A stretch of 64,000 bases of DNA from Eledone cirrhosa (Eukaryota): NCBI GenBank assembly GCA_964016885.1, contig OZ024743.1, positions 169,384,001 to 169,448,000 of the forward strand. Direction: 5' to 3'. Positions 50,166 to 62,085 of this stretch are shown one piece after another (positions within the stretch are counted from its first letter, which is position 1; each line of letters opens with the position of its first letter). The notes under the pieces were generated by a model. The model did no database searches. It had not been told where the DNA came from and was given only the letters and a program-made list of their open reading frames with translations. The position numbers and the translations under genes are program-made.

Positions 50166-50404
50166 AACGGGAAGGGAAGGGATGGCAAGAGCTCTGGTGT
50201 CGTAGAAGAGGGAGGGGTGAAGGGGAAGGTGATTGGGCTTTGGGCCTAGGGCAAGAGGGCAGATGTGCTGTGTCTCGCGGACGATGGCTAGTGACACCCG
50301 CTGCAACAGCCACCCGACCTCGCGGGGCTCCCTTTTCAGACGTGCCGCCGACGTGCTCCGATCTTGTGGAGGAGCTCGGCAGTACAGGATTCAAGTAGGC
50401 CTGA
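50166..50404 (-). mobile_element. CRE-like LINE 3' end, inverted second copy
   Basis: Diverged reverse complement of 49814-50056. Confidence 0.7.
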
Positions 50405-50725
50405 AATGCGTGAAATTAGTTTTTGGACACTATTGACAATAGTACTTTTTACATTTCTAGGATGGTTAGAATGGAAGCTTACATAGTTTTGGTTTTCATT
50501 AATCTTATGGAAAGGGTAATATAGACCTGAGCTAAGGTTTAAAGTGACATCTAAGAAGTTAACAGTTTTATTATTATTCTCCATTTCTAATTTAAGGTTG
50601 TAATTATTGAAAAATTCTATGATACTTTTCTTTTTCCTATTAAGTTCGCTATTGCTATGGTTGTCGACTATAAGTAACATATTGTCGCGATATAAACCTC
50701 CGGCCATCTCTAGCATTTTTCTATG
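50405..50725 (-). pseudogene. Penelope-like RT fragment
   Basis: GGLYRDNMLL, VNFLDVTLNL, YVSFHSNHP; homologous to 3763-4389. Confidence 0.85.
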
Positions 50726-50756
50726 TACTACATCTGTATATATATAACATTAAGTA

Positions 50757-51145
50757 TGTGTGTGAGTATGTGTGTGTGTCTGCGTGCCTGTGTATTACCT
50801 ATAGGGGCCTACATCTTACGACCGTTTTTCATGAAACTTTACAGGCTCATAGATTAGTCATCGGGGAGTGTTTTCTATATATCAGCGTATCGTTATTTTA
50901 TTCCGGGGTCATTCTCCAGATAAAAATCGATAAGGGGCCACCTTTTTTTAGGTATTGAAAAATAAGATTTTTGGCTCTAGCTCCCACATTTTACCACCGA
51001 TTTTGTTCAAAGTTTAAAGCAAAATATAATTTATCATTGCACATCCTGTAATGGCTTTATATTTTGCATCTGTTGTTCAGGGACGGCGTGGCAGCCGCTT
51101 AAATATTCAAAAATACCACTTTTAGACTCAAATATCCACTTTTTG
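50757..51145 (+). mobile_element. Possible non-autonomous Helitron/DINE-like fragment
   Basis: GT-rich start, then CCGTTTTTCATGAAACTTT and CCGATTTTGTTCAAAGTTT, similar to motifs at 54753 and the reverse complement of 1050-1070. Confidence 0.35.
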
Positions 51146-51149
51146 GCTC

Positions 51150-53360
51150 TATGTAGAGCTGGCTACATGAATAAAATTAAATACTTAGATAACAATAACA
51201 TTCAAAATCATCCTAAAATTTACTATAATAATAATAATAATAATAATAACAATTTAACATAAATAGTAAATCAAACAAAAGAACTAGAAATATTATTTGG
51301 TACTCTCCCCCATTCTCATTAGGAGTTAAACACATGTAGCAAACATATTTTTCAAAGCATTAGATAAATGTTTCCCTAAATCCCATTGATATCATTCTAT
51401 TTTTAACAAACATACTATAAAACTATCTTACTCTACTACTATGAACATAGCACAAAATATTAATAGAATTAATAATAGAAACTTAAATTTAAACCCAAAC
51501 TAAATAAACCAAAATAACAATATTAATATTACTAATAACAGTATTAATACTAATAATAATCGTACCGTTCCTATTGACAACAACTCTGGAAAATGTAACT
51601 GTAGAAACGAATTAAATTGCCCTTTACAGAATAATTGTCTAGATAAAAACTTAGTATATAAATGCATAGTAAAAACTAGAGATAAAATATATAACTATAT
51701 AGAAGCCACTTCTACAAAATTTAAGGAATGCTGGAATAATCACACACATACATTTAATAGATCAGACAAAACCTTTTCAACATCACTTTCACATCTAATT
51801 TGGTAATTAAAAGATAATAATATTGACTATTCAATCTCTTGGGGAACGATTTCGAAAGCGCCCGCATACCGAAATATGGCTGTCTCAAGAATTTGTCATT
51901 TGTGTATTGAGGAAATGTTTCATTTACTTACCAGCCAAAACTCTATTAACAAAAAGAAAGAATTATTCAGTTCTTGCAGACATCGCCAAACCAAAACATT
52001 CAGAAGTATCTATAATCTATTGAAAGTATTATCTATACCTCACTTGTTTACACTTAATATGTCTTCACTATGTTTTGTTGATGTTTTGTGGTGATTATTA
52101 GATGATGTTTTTCTTTTTAAGTGATATTTTTCAAATTATACTCTTTTTAAATTGTTTTTGAATAATATTTTGAAATTTAATCTTTCTTGTGATAGTTTTA
52201 ATCATGTTTCTGAATATACTTTGGATGTCTCTAATATTTCTTCCTAATTGACTATATAGACATTATCATTTGCATAGATGTAGATAATGCTATCTAAATA
52301 CATATATAAAATAATTTTTATCTTTGAAAATATGTAATATAGGATACCTTATAATTATATATAAAATAATATATAAACAATTTTCTACATATATTTTGCA
52401 TATATCTTAATTGAATATTCTTTTAAAATAAATTCTAGTATAAACGACAAATGTAACCTAATTATTTTAACTAAGAAATATTGGAGTTATCTTTTCCTTT
52501 ATAGTGTAACACACTTAAATATTTCTTCTAAGTAACAACTAAACGTTACATAAATATTGAATTTTCTGTATAATTTCGTTAACTTACTAAACTTTGTAAA
52601 TGTATTCCTATCTTGATTGAACTATAGAATGTGTAACGAATATTCCAGTTGTAACGGATAAGTGAATAGATGGAATTGTTGGTATGATGGTTTCAATGCA
52701 AAGGATAATACCAGGATTGTGTTATAATTTTTATTTTATTATAACAATATTCAAGTTGAACATTGAATGATAAAATCTTTAACATGAAATATTCGTACAA
52801 TGAGTTGGTGGCTCTACGAGCCACGTAAATGCAAGTATCACAGAATACGATTATAATATAATTAGTATTGTATCTGAAAGATACAATGTGAACTTACTAT
52901 GTGTGCGTGTGTGCGTATTAGTATACTTTCTTGTCTTAGCAGTAGTAGGATTCAATCAGCCAGGCGGGAATGGCGTGTGAGAAATTAGTTAGCAGACTGG
53001 TTTTTTTGTGACGAGAGCGTGTAAATGCGACCTGTTTTGTCTGTAGTCTCACTTTTTCTGCCGGGCGTAAACAACCCTTGTATTTATAAGGGTTGAAGTT
53101 AGAAGGATAGATATATCATCTGACCTTTGGTTAGCATCTCCCAATGGGTTGGTCTGCCGGGCGTAAACAACCCTTGTATTTATAACGGTTGAATTTAGAA
53201 GGATTGATATATCTGACCTCTTTTCTGCCAGGCGTAAACAACATCTGACCTGTGTTTAGCATCTCCCAATGGGTTGGTCTGCCAGGCGTAAACAACTAAC
53301 CACGGCTTGTCCCAAAGGCGGGAAAGCTCAGATTCGGTTTCGAATCTTCGCCGCCGTTAT
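51150..53360 (+). mobile_element. Degenerate Penelope-like element (GIY-YIG and long 3' region)
   Basis: RAGYMNKIKY, RNIIWYSPPFSL, KCNCRNELNCPLQNNCL; same ORF family as 3128-4437. Confidence 0.85.
53058..53296 (+). repeat. Complex tandem repeat with CTGCCRGGCGTAAACAAC core x4
   Basis: Cores near 53058, 53155, 53226 and 53279; mirrored at 270-430. Confidence 0.8.
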
Positions 53361-54177
53361 AAATGTACAAAATAATCTTCTCTAATAAAAATAGAACTAC
53401 TTCCTTTTTCTTAACTATATATTGAAATTGTAAACACGAAATTCTTCGAAACATACATAAAAATATTTAAATTATCTATCTAAGGAAAAAAACATATATA
53501 CTCACCAAAATTATTTATATAAATATTTATATAAATAACCTGTTGTAATATAATAAAGTAAAATATACTTACAACCTTAATTCTTCATAAAATATACTTA
53601 TAAATATCTATATAAGATTATAACTCATGATTTGAATAGATCCAATAATTAGTAGTATCTCTCAATTTTCAAAATTGGTATTCCACCACTTCAACACATT
53701 TATAATTCTCATATTATTTTATAGATACTACCAAAATATATAATTATATAATTAAATAAATAATTATAATTATATCACTCTCTTTACACCATCACTGATT
53801 TGATCCATACAATTATATTTTAATAATAATAGTGTATTTCTAAATATAATATACTTTATTCTTATACTCATTCCTTAAATTTTCTTACACCCTAATATTA
53901 ATATAACCTCTCTCTCTTCCCTTAAAAATAATAAAAATAAAAATGATTTTAATAAATATTTAAATTTACCTAGCGTCTAAATATAACGATCTTTTTCAAC
54001 TGTACGTTTAGCCTCATTAACATATTTCATCCTAAGATTTGAAATTTCTTTCACTATCCAAAATGAACTTAAAACGATAAGTTCTTGTTTTTTTTTTTGT
54101 TTTTTTGTTTTGGGGGTACCCTTTAAATATCTCCTTATAATATATAACCAGCAATTTCTCTGTCTGTCCGACAGTGG

Positions 54178-54412
54178 AAACACGTGCGCGCGTGCGAATG
54201 TTTTTTGCGCACGCGTAGAGAGAGAGTGAGAGTGAAAGAAAGAGACAGACTACGAGAGGGGGATAGCGGGAGGGAGAGGGGGAGAGAGAGAGTGAATAGA
54301 CGCTAAAACACGTGCGCGCGTGCGAATGTTTTTTGCGCACGCGTAGAGAGAGAGTGAGAGTGAAAGAAAGAGACAGACTACAAGAGGGGGATAGCGGGAG
54401 GGAGAGAGGGGG
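54178..54412 (+). repeat. About 128-bp tandem duplication
   Basis: AAACACGTGCGCGCGTGCGAATG.. occurs twice. Confidence 0.9.
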
Positions 54413-54429
54413 AATTGAGGAGTGCTACA

Positions 54430-54625
54430 GAAACATATATACATTTCTGTGTGTGTGTAATATATATATATATACACACAGAGAAATATATATATATACA
54501 CACAGAAATATATATACATTTCTGTGTGTGTAATATATATATACACACAGAAATATATATACATTTCTGTGTGTGTAATATATATATATATACACACAGA
54601 AATATATATACATTTCTGTGTGTGT
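54430..54625. repeat. Palindromic minisatellite CACACAGAAAT-ATATATAC-ATTTCTGTGTG
   Basis: About 4 self-complementary units. Confidence 0.85.
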
Positions 54626-54676
54626 ACTATATATATATACTAGCAGAAAACCACCCGGTGGGTGGTTTTCTGCTAG

Positions 54677-57600
54677 TCTATATATATAAAACTGAGAATG
54701 TCTGTCTGTGTGTGTCTGTGAGTTCGAATCCCTAAAACTCGAGAACCACCAAACCGACTGTTTTCAAACTTTTCACATGTAGAACTTATGTTTCAGGGAG
54801 TGTCCTGCGCAAAAAGAATTTTAAATTTTCAATGCCCTAAGGGCTGCATTAGGCGATTTAGCGATCTCGCTCTATAATTCTTAGTCTTTCTCTTTTTAGA
54901 TAGATACATACATATAACGTCGCGCCCTTATAATATCTGTCTGTATGTCTGGCTGTCTGCATTACGTCACTTCCTACAATTCGCTCTCCGTCCAGAACGC
55001 GCCCTTATAATATCTCTGCCACCCCTGCTGAAGGGCAAATCTACCACTCATTTAACAGACATTTGGTAAGCGCACAGAGTTTCTCTCTCCAGTTTTCACC
55101 TGATGCACGTAGGCGCTAATGCCTACGCTTTTTTACAGTGCTGCTCACAATCGTATCAGTGATCTTTACTTCTTTTTTGGCCTCGGTTGTCGCAATGTTA
55201 AGCTTACTGTCATCCCATGTTTTCAAACTTTACACATGTAATACTTATGTTTCAGGGAGTGTTCTGAGCAATAAAAATTTCAAATTTTCAATGCCCTAGG
55301 GGCTGCAATAGGCGATTTAGCGATCTCCGTCTATAATTCTTAGTCTTTCTCTTTTTAGATAGATACATACATATAACGTCGCGCCCTTATAATATCTGTC
55401 TGTATGTCTGGCATTACGTCACTTCCTACAATTCGCTCTGCGTCCAGAACGCGCCCTTATAATATATGTCTGTATGTCTGGCTGTCTGATGCCTCAGGTT
55501 ATTCTGCCACCCTTGAATTTTCACAGTGTTGCAATTTTATGCGAATTACTTAAGAAATAAAGTATTGTATATTTTTTGGGTGTGTTCTGCTTCACGGGCT
55601 GCAGAGAACGAAGAACAGCGCATTAGACGTCCGGCAACGGATGCTGCGAGCACTACTGCTGCTCGAGTTTCCAAGACGGCGCAAGACCGCGATAACCGTC
55701 TAGATAGTAATGTCCAACGAAGAGCCCTTCGGCAAGGTGTTTCAAAACCGTGCAACTCACAATGGGCCTTCAAAGCTTTCAAGTACAGCCCCAACTTTCA
55801 TTACAGCAGCCACCCAAACATGACACTTGGAAGTATGTAAAAAACGTGCTCATTTTGCAATGCCAAAAAGGTCTCGGGGGAACTACCTGGTATGTGCTGC
55901 TCAAACGGGAAGGTGAAATTGCACCCACTGGAGGACTCACCACAGCCGCTGAAGATCCTCCTTTCAGGCTCAATTGCCGATTCAAAGCACTTTCTCAATA
56001 ATATCCGGAAGTACAATTGCGCCTTCCAGATGACATCTTTCGGGGAAAATGTTGTCAGAGAGGGTGGATTTATGCCAACATTTAAAGTGCAAGGGCAGGT
56101 ATATCATAGAATCGGACCGCTCCAACCTACTGCCAACGAAGATCCCCAGTTCCTCCAAATTTACTTCGTCAGGAATGTCAACGAACAGGCTCCCATGCGG
56201 AACTCCATTTCACCTGGCACCAAACTTCACATTATCAGAAGCCTACAAGACATTTTGCACACATACAACAGCTATGTCATCAGCTTCAAGTACGCATTGG
56301 AAGCAACTCCTGCATCAAATTTCAATGTCGTAATTGATGCCTTGAAAAGACCTTCTGGCGAACATTCGGGCCGCTACAATTTACCTGCGTGGTTGTCAGC
56401 ATAACCCTCGAGACATTGTTCTGCGGCGACGAGACAACATCCTCCAACGTATAAGTGAAACGCACAGGTCTTATGACGCTCTTCAATATCCACTGCTGTT
56501 TGTGAAAGGAGAGGACGGCTACCGATTTGGTATTCCTCAGGATAATCCCGAACATCCTGGGCGTTCAACCAATAAAACAGTTTCATGCATGAGTTTCTAC
56601 TCTTACCGCTGCATGTTACGCCGCAACTCATTCAACCACTCGCACCAATCAAGAGAGCTCTTTCAGCAATTCGCCGTCGACATGTGTGCGAAAATGCAAT
56701 CGGAAAGGTTGTGCTTCATCCGGTCACACCAGAGGCAATTGCGGTCTGAGAGCTACATCCACCTCCGAGATGCCCTCACCAATGATACAGCGCCAGCCAG
56801 CGTAGGAAAACTCTGCATCTTTCCATCAACTTTCACCGGAAGTCCGCGCTACATGCACGAGAGGACACAAGATGCCATGACTTACGTTCGACATTACGGC
56901 AGGCCCGACCTGTTCGTCACTTTCACTCGAAATCCTAAGTGGAAGGAGATTGCTGCAGAACTGTTCCAAGGGCAACAGGCCAAAGACAGGCATAACCTCC
57001 TGGCCAGAGTCTTTCGGCTGAAGCTTATCAAGCTAATGGAACTCATCAAGGGAGGACAAGTCTTTGGACCAGTTATATGAGACATGTACACCGTCGAGTG
57101 GCAGAAGAGGGGCCTACCGCATGCCCATATCCTCATCTGGCTGTCCACAAGAATATCTCCAAACGACACTGACAAGGTCATCTCCGCTGAGCTTCCCGAT
57201 CCCTCTGTGCGGACAAAGACCTCTACGAAATAGTGAAGGCAAATATGGTCCATGGTCCATGTGGGCGTGGTTTCAATTTCAGCTCATCTTGCCTGAACAA
57301 CAATGTCTGCAGAAAAAGGTTTCCCCGAAAGTTCCTTAAAGAAACCCAGACTGGCGTGGACGGATACCCATTGTACAGACGACGGCAACCCAGAGACGGT
57401 GGTTTCACAGCGACAGTTGAACAGCACGAGGTCAACAACCGATAGATAGTGCCCTACTGCCCACTTCTTTCGAAGACCTTCGGTGCCCACATCAACGTGG
57501 AATTCTGTAGCTCCGTCAAGTCCATCAAGTACATCTGCAACTACGTGAATAAGGGTTCAGATGCTGCTATGTTTGGTCTACAGCAGGACAACAGCCGTGA

Positions 57601-60600
57601 TGAGGTCTCGCAATACCAAGTTGGCCGTTACACGAGGCTTTCTGGCGGATTTTTGGCTTCCCATTACACCAAAGGCACCCTGCAATTGAACAGCTCGCGG
57701 TTCACCTTCAGAATGGTCAAAGGTTCTAGTTTACCAACGCTCATGCTGCCCAAATGGTGGAGGACCCACGAGAAACAACCCTCACTGGATTTTTGAAACT
57801 GTGTCGGACCGAGTCTTTTGCACATACTCTGCTTTACCCCCAGGTGCCGTCCTACTACACATGGAATAAGCAACAATGGGTGCGCAGAAAGGCAGGTCAA
57901 CCTGTTGAAGGACATCCCGGCATAAAGTTTGACAGCTGTCTTGGGAGGGTTTACACTGTGCACCCGAACATGCACGAGTGCTTCTACTTTCGCCTTTTGC
58001 TGCATGAGGTAAGAGGACCACAATCTTTTCACGACCTCCGAACTTGTGATGGCTGCGTGTGCAGCACTTACAGGGAAGCTTGCTTCAAGAGTGGCCTGCT
58101 GGAAGACGGTGCGCAGTGGGAAGCGACTTTGTTCGAAGCCGTTGCATCTCAATCGCCTATGCGTTTACGAGCTCTATTTGCAGTAATGCTGCAAACTGCG
58201 AACTAAGCAATCCTATGTCTTTGTGGCTGCAGTTCAATGAAGACTTATCCGAGGACTACAAACGCCGGGCGCAACTGCAATACCCTCAAATGGAACGAAC
58301 CAGCGATGACGTCTTCAATTGTGCTTTGATTCACATTGAGGACAGAGTTGCATCACTCGGTGGAAATTATTTGCCGTCATATGGTCTGCCCCAAGCACTC
58401 CGTACCTGGTCAAACGTACTTGCTACAGCTCTTCTTCGGGATACATCTTACGACGTCGATGACCTTGCCAAGTGCGTCCGTGAAACTGAACCAAAACTTC
58501 TTCCAGATCAACGTCGTGTTTACACAATTGTTGCTGACCATGTGCGCCAAAGAAAAGGAGGTATGTTCTTTCTGGATGCTCCTGGCGGGCCGGGCAAAAC
58601 ATTTTTAACAAGGCTTCTTCTTGCAAAAGTCAGGATGCACAATGACATTGCGGTTGCTGTGGCCTCTTCGGGGATTGCTGCAACTTTGCTGCCCAATGGC
58701 AGGACTGCACACTCCACTTTTAAATTGCCCCCAGGTCCTGAAAAGGTGTAAACTCATTGTCTGGGATGAGTGCACCATGGCGCACAAAGGAGCTCTTGAC
58801 GCATTGAACACAACCCTCCAGGATATCAGAGGCCGCCAGGATCCGATGGGAGGTGTTGCGCTTCTGCTTTCGGGCGACTTCATGCAGACCCTTCCTGTAA
58901 TTCCCAAAGGTACACGAGCTGACGAGGTCCAAGCATGTCTGAAGTCATCTCCCCTATGGCGCCATGTGAGTAAACTGACTCTTACAACCAACATGAGGGC
59001 TTAATTGCACGGTGACCAAACGTCCGCTGACTTTGCACGGACATTCTGAAGCTTGGTGACGGCAAGATGCCTCTTGACGCTGAAGGCGAACTGGAAGTGT
59101 GGCCATTTGCGACTTCTGTTAATTCTGTGGCAGAGCTCAAAGACAAAGTGTTTCCGGATTTTCAACACCATTTCCAGGACCACACATGGTTGTGCGAAAG
59201 AGTAGTGTTTGCTCCCAAAAACGCCAGTTAACAATTTCAACGACCTGCTACTGGATTCCCTTCCTGGTGCTCTTCGCAACTACAAGTCTGTTGACACGAT
59301 GTCCGATCCAAATGAAGTGGTGAACTTTCCACCAGAATTCCTAAACTCCTTACAGCCGCCGAGACTACCGCCCCACATACTATGCCTTAAAGTAGGGACT
59401 CCTGTTATGTTGCTGCGGAATTTGGAGCCACCGAGGCTGTGCAACGGAACACGTCTGGCTGTAAAGAAAATGACGGACCATGTTATCGAGGCAACAATCC
59501 TCTCTGGGTGCGAAAAATGCGACGATGTCTTCATTCCGAGAATTCCTCTTACTCCGTCGGGAGCCAAAATTCCGTTTACCTTCAGAAGACTGCAATTCCC
59601 GCTTCGGGTCAGTTTTGCCATGTCCATTAACAAGTCCCAGGGTCAAACTCTTTCTGTGGCCAGACTTCTACTGGAGGAGCCCTGTTTCTCCCACGGACAA
59701 TTGTACGTTCGGTGCACTAGAGTTGGCAGCAGGGAGAGGCTTTTTGCATTTGCACGACGAGGGAAAACAAGGAACATTGTTTACAACGAGGTGTTATAAA
59801 TGCAACAGCGACAAGGTAGGTTCATTATTGCCCTTTCTTAAACCAATCTGGTCGCAATTCGTACGGGCTACTAACTGAAATATGTTTTTTCTACGGTTTA
59901 AGGTGAACCCTTTAGCTAAGAACCTTCCCCCTTGACAATTGGTGCGGCAATGTAAGGTCGTTAAATGCATCGTTGTTCGTTGGGTGCTCTTGAGTTGGCA
60001 GCTTGGAGAGTCTTCTTGCATTTGCAAAAGAACGAGGGAGGTTCGTTATCAACATTTCTTTAGGCAATCTGGTTGCCATTCATACGGCCTATTACCTGAA
60101 ATACATTTTTCCTCAGAATCAGGTGACTACCTTCAGAGATGGACCTTCCGCTTCGCACTCGGCGCGTCAATGTATGGCTGTCTGTTAAACGGACCGCGAA
60201 CGCATTCTGATTCATTCTAAAGGCTACCAGTGGAAGCAACCATAACACCCTCCTTCAAATGTTAGAGAACGAACGCTCACATGGCCCTTTTTAGAGCCAC
60301 AACTTGAAATTGTTGATGGTTATTCCTCCTGGGGTGTCAGTGAACTGCTAACACGGCCCTTTAAAAGGGTCCTTGAAATAGTTGATGGCGACCCTTTCGT
60401 TTACGGCTGCCAGTGAACGCGCACACACCTCGGGGCCCATTTTATTGCACCATTCCTCTTTAAATTTGTTAAATTATACCCACAGTTTGGTAAACGTTTG
60501 TCCAGTTGCGTTTACTTACTAAAGTGCGGTGGACTCCTTCGAGAAGGCTCCACATGCTGTCCGATTGAACTCATGCCTTGCTCAAGCAAGCATTGCAGAC

Positions 60601-60985
60601 TTCCCTCTGACATAAGTGGTGACATCTGTCCTGCTGACTCATGCAACTTTATTAAAGTACAAAAGCACCAAGCTGATTTTCTCCACGTGGAAGGAGAAGC
60701 ATACCTAATACTAATTGCATCAGATTATTCGGTTTATTTTCTTTACATATTGTCCAGGCATGCAGTTGTCCCAAGATTAGGTATGTTGGCGACCCGCGTT
60801 ATGTTTCAGGGAGTGTTATGCACATAAAAAAAATCAACTTTTTGATCCCCTAAGGCCCGCATGGAGGCGTTACGTCAGATCGATTTCCTTGGAATTGTAT
60901 CTATGTATTAGTCAGTCTCTTCTTTATATCGTGAAGAAAGAAAATCCATTTTTTTAGCTTATTAGGGCTTTTTTTAGGCGTTACG
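54677..60985 (+). mobile_element. Autonomous-type Helitron (decayed); 3' boundary uncertain
   Basis: 5' TCTATATATATAAAA, internal direct repeat of about 250 bp (54759/55218) and Rep-helicase coding region. Confidence 0.85.
55590..59799 (+). pseudogene. Helitron Rep (HUH) / Pif1-like helicase, multiple frameshifts and stops
   Basis: CCSNGKV, QGQVYHRIG, PDLFVTFT, VEWQKRGLPHAHIL, KYICNYVNKG, DAPGGPGKT, IVWDE, GDFMQTLPV, SINKSQGQTL, FSHGQLYV. Confidence 0.93.
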
Positions 60986-60986
60986 T

Positions 60987-61445
60987 CTAGCCGATTTTCC
61001 CGAAAGATTTTTTAATGTACTTTCTAAAGTCAGTGCTATATTTTTCCTCTATTTCTTGGTAGAATTGTTGTTGTAAGTGTCCCATTACAGAGTTCGCGTA
61101 AACAGGAGCAAACTTCGTTCCCATCGCTGTGCCTCTAATTTGGATGTAATTCTTTCCATTGAAGAAGAAAGTGTTGTTTTCCAGAATAAGTTTGACTGCG
61201 TCTAATATAAATGACGCTGTGAATCTGGTGGGAATCACTTCTCTATGTTTTTCCACCCAGTATTTAACCACCTTTATTCCTAAATCATGTGTAATGTTGG
61301 TGTAAAAGCTTACCACATCAAAATTAAGTAGAAGTGAATTCGTTTCCGTGGTTTTGGGAAGATGGGACAGGAAGTTGATATCATCCCGGATGAAACTGGG
61401 TATGTGAATACATAGTGGTTTCAAAATAATGTCAACAAAAAGAGA
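60987..61445 (-). pseudogene. Penelope-like RT fragment of a different lineage
   Basis: SFIRDDINFL, FDVVSFYTNI, LILENNTFFF, QIRGTAMGTKFAPVYAN. Confidence 0.85.
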
Positions 61446-62025
61446 AAAATCAAAGAAAAGAATGTTATTGATAAAATCCAACCCAAGCTAAATGAACAAT
61501 AATAATGGGGTATTACTCCTACTATGACTATGACACGACCATGTCGACTACTATCACTAACAACAACAACAATAATAATAATAAAATTGATGTTGATGGT
61601 GATGATTACTAGAAAATGCTATTTTCATCATTTTTAAAAATAGCAAAACAATTGATGCTTTGGATATGGTCAAATAGTAGTCGTTAGACATGCTCAACCA
61701 ACCGTGACGCCTAAACCAATCAGCTTTAGTAATCCAGTGAAACTATACACCGATTAGTCGAAATACAGTTTGCAGAAAGTAGCATTCTGTAGCCACTTTT
61801 CACTGTATATAAGGCACAAAATTATCCATTTCATTACAGTTGAAAATTGCAAACTTGACTGTCACCACAGAATATGAACCTGAAGATTGTGAAAGCATGA
61901 AAGTACTTGTTCAATTAACACTTAACATTTAATATTCTACCATACTATTTCATTCTAATACCATTATAAATTTTAAAGTATTGTAAATAAAACGAGTAAA
62001 TCAGACAAAGCTGGAATTCCTTTTA

Positions 62026-62082
<57 letters not shown>

Positions 62083-62085
<3 letters not shown>

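Noticed and set aside
51227-51250. (AAT)n tract as part of the target array
   Set aside because: It lies inside the Asn-rich Penelope coding linker with no insertion junction.
58500-59799. Host PIF1 helicase gene
   Set aside because: Intronless, joined to a HUH Rep domain, disrupted, and downstream of a Helitron 5' end.
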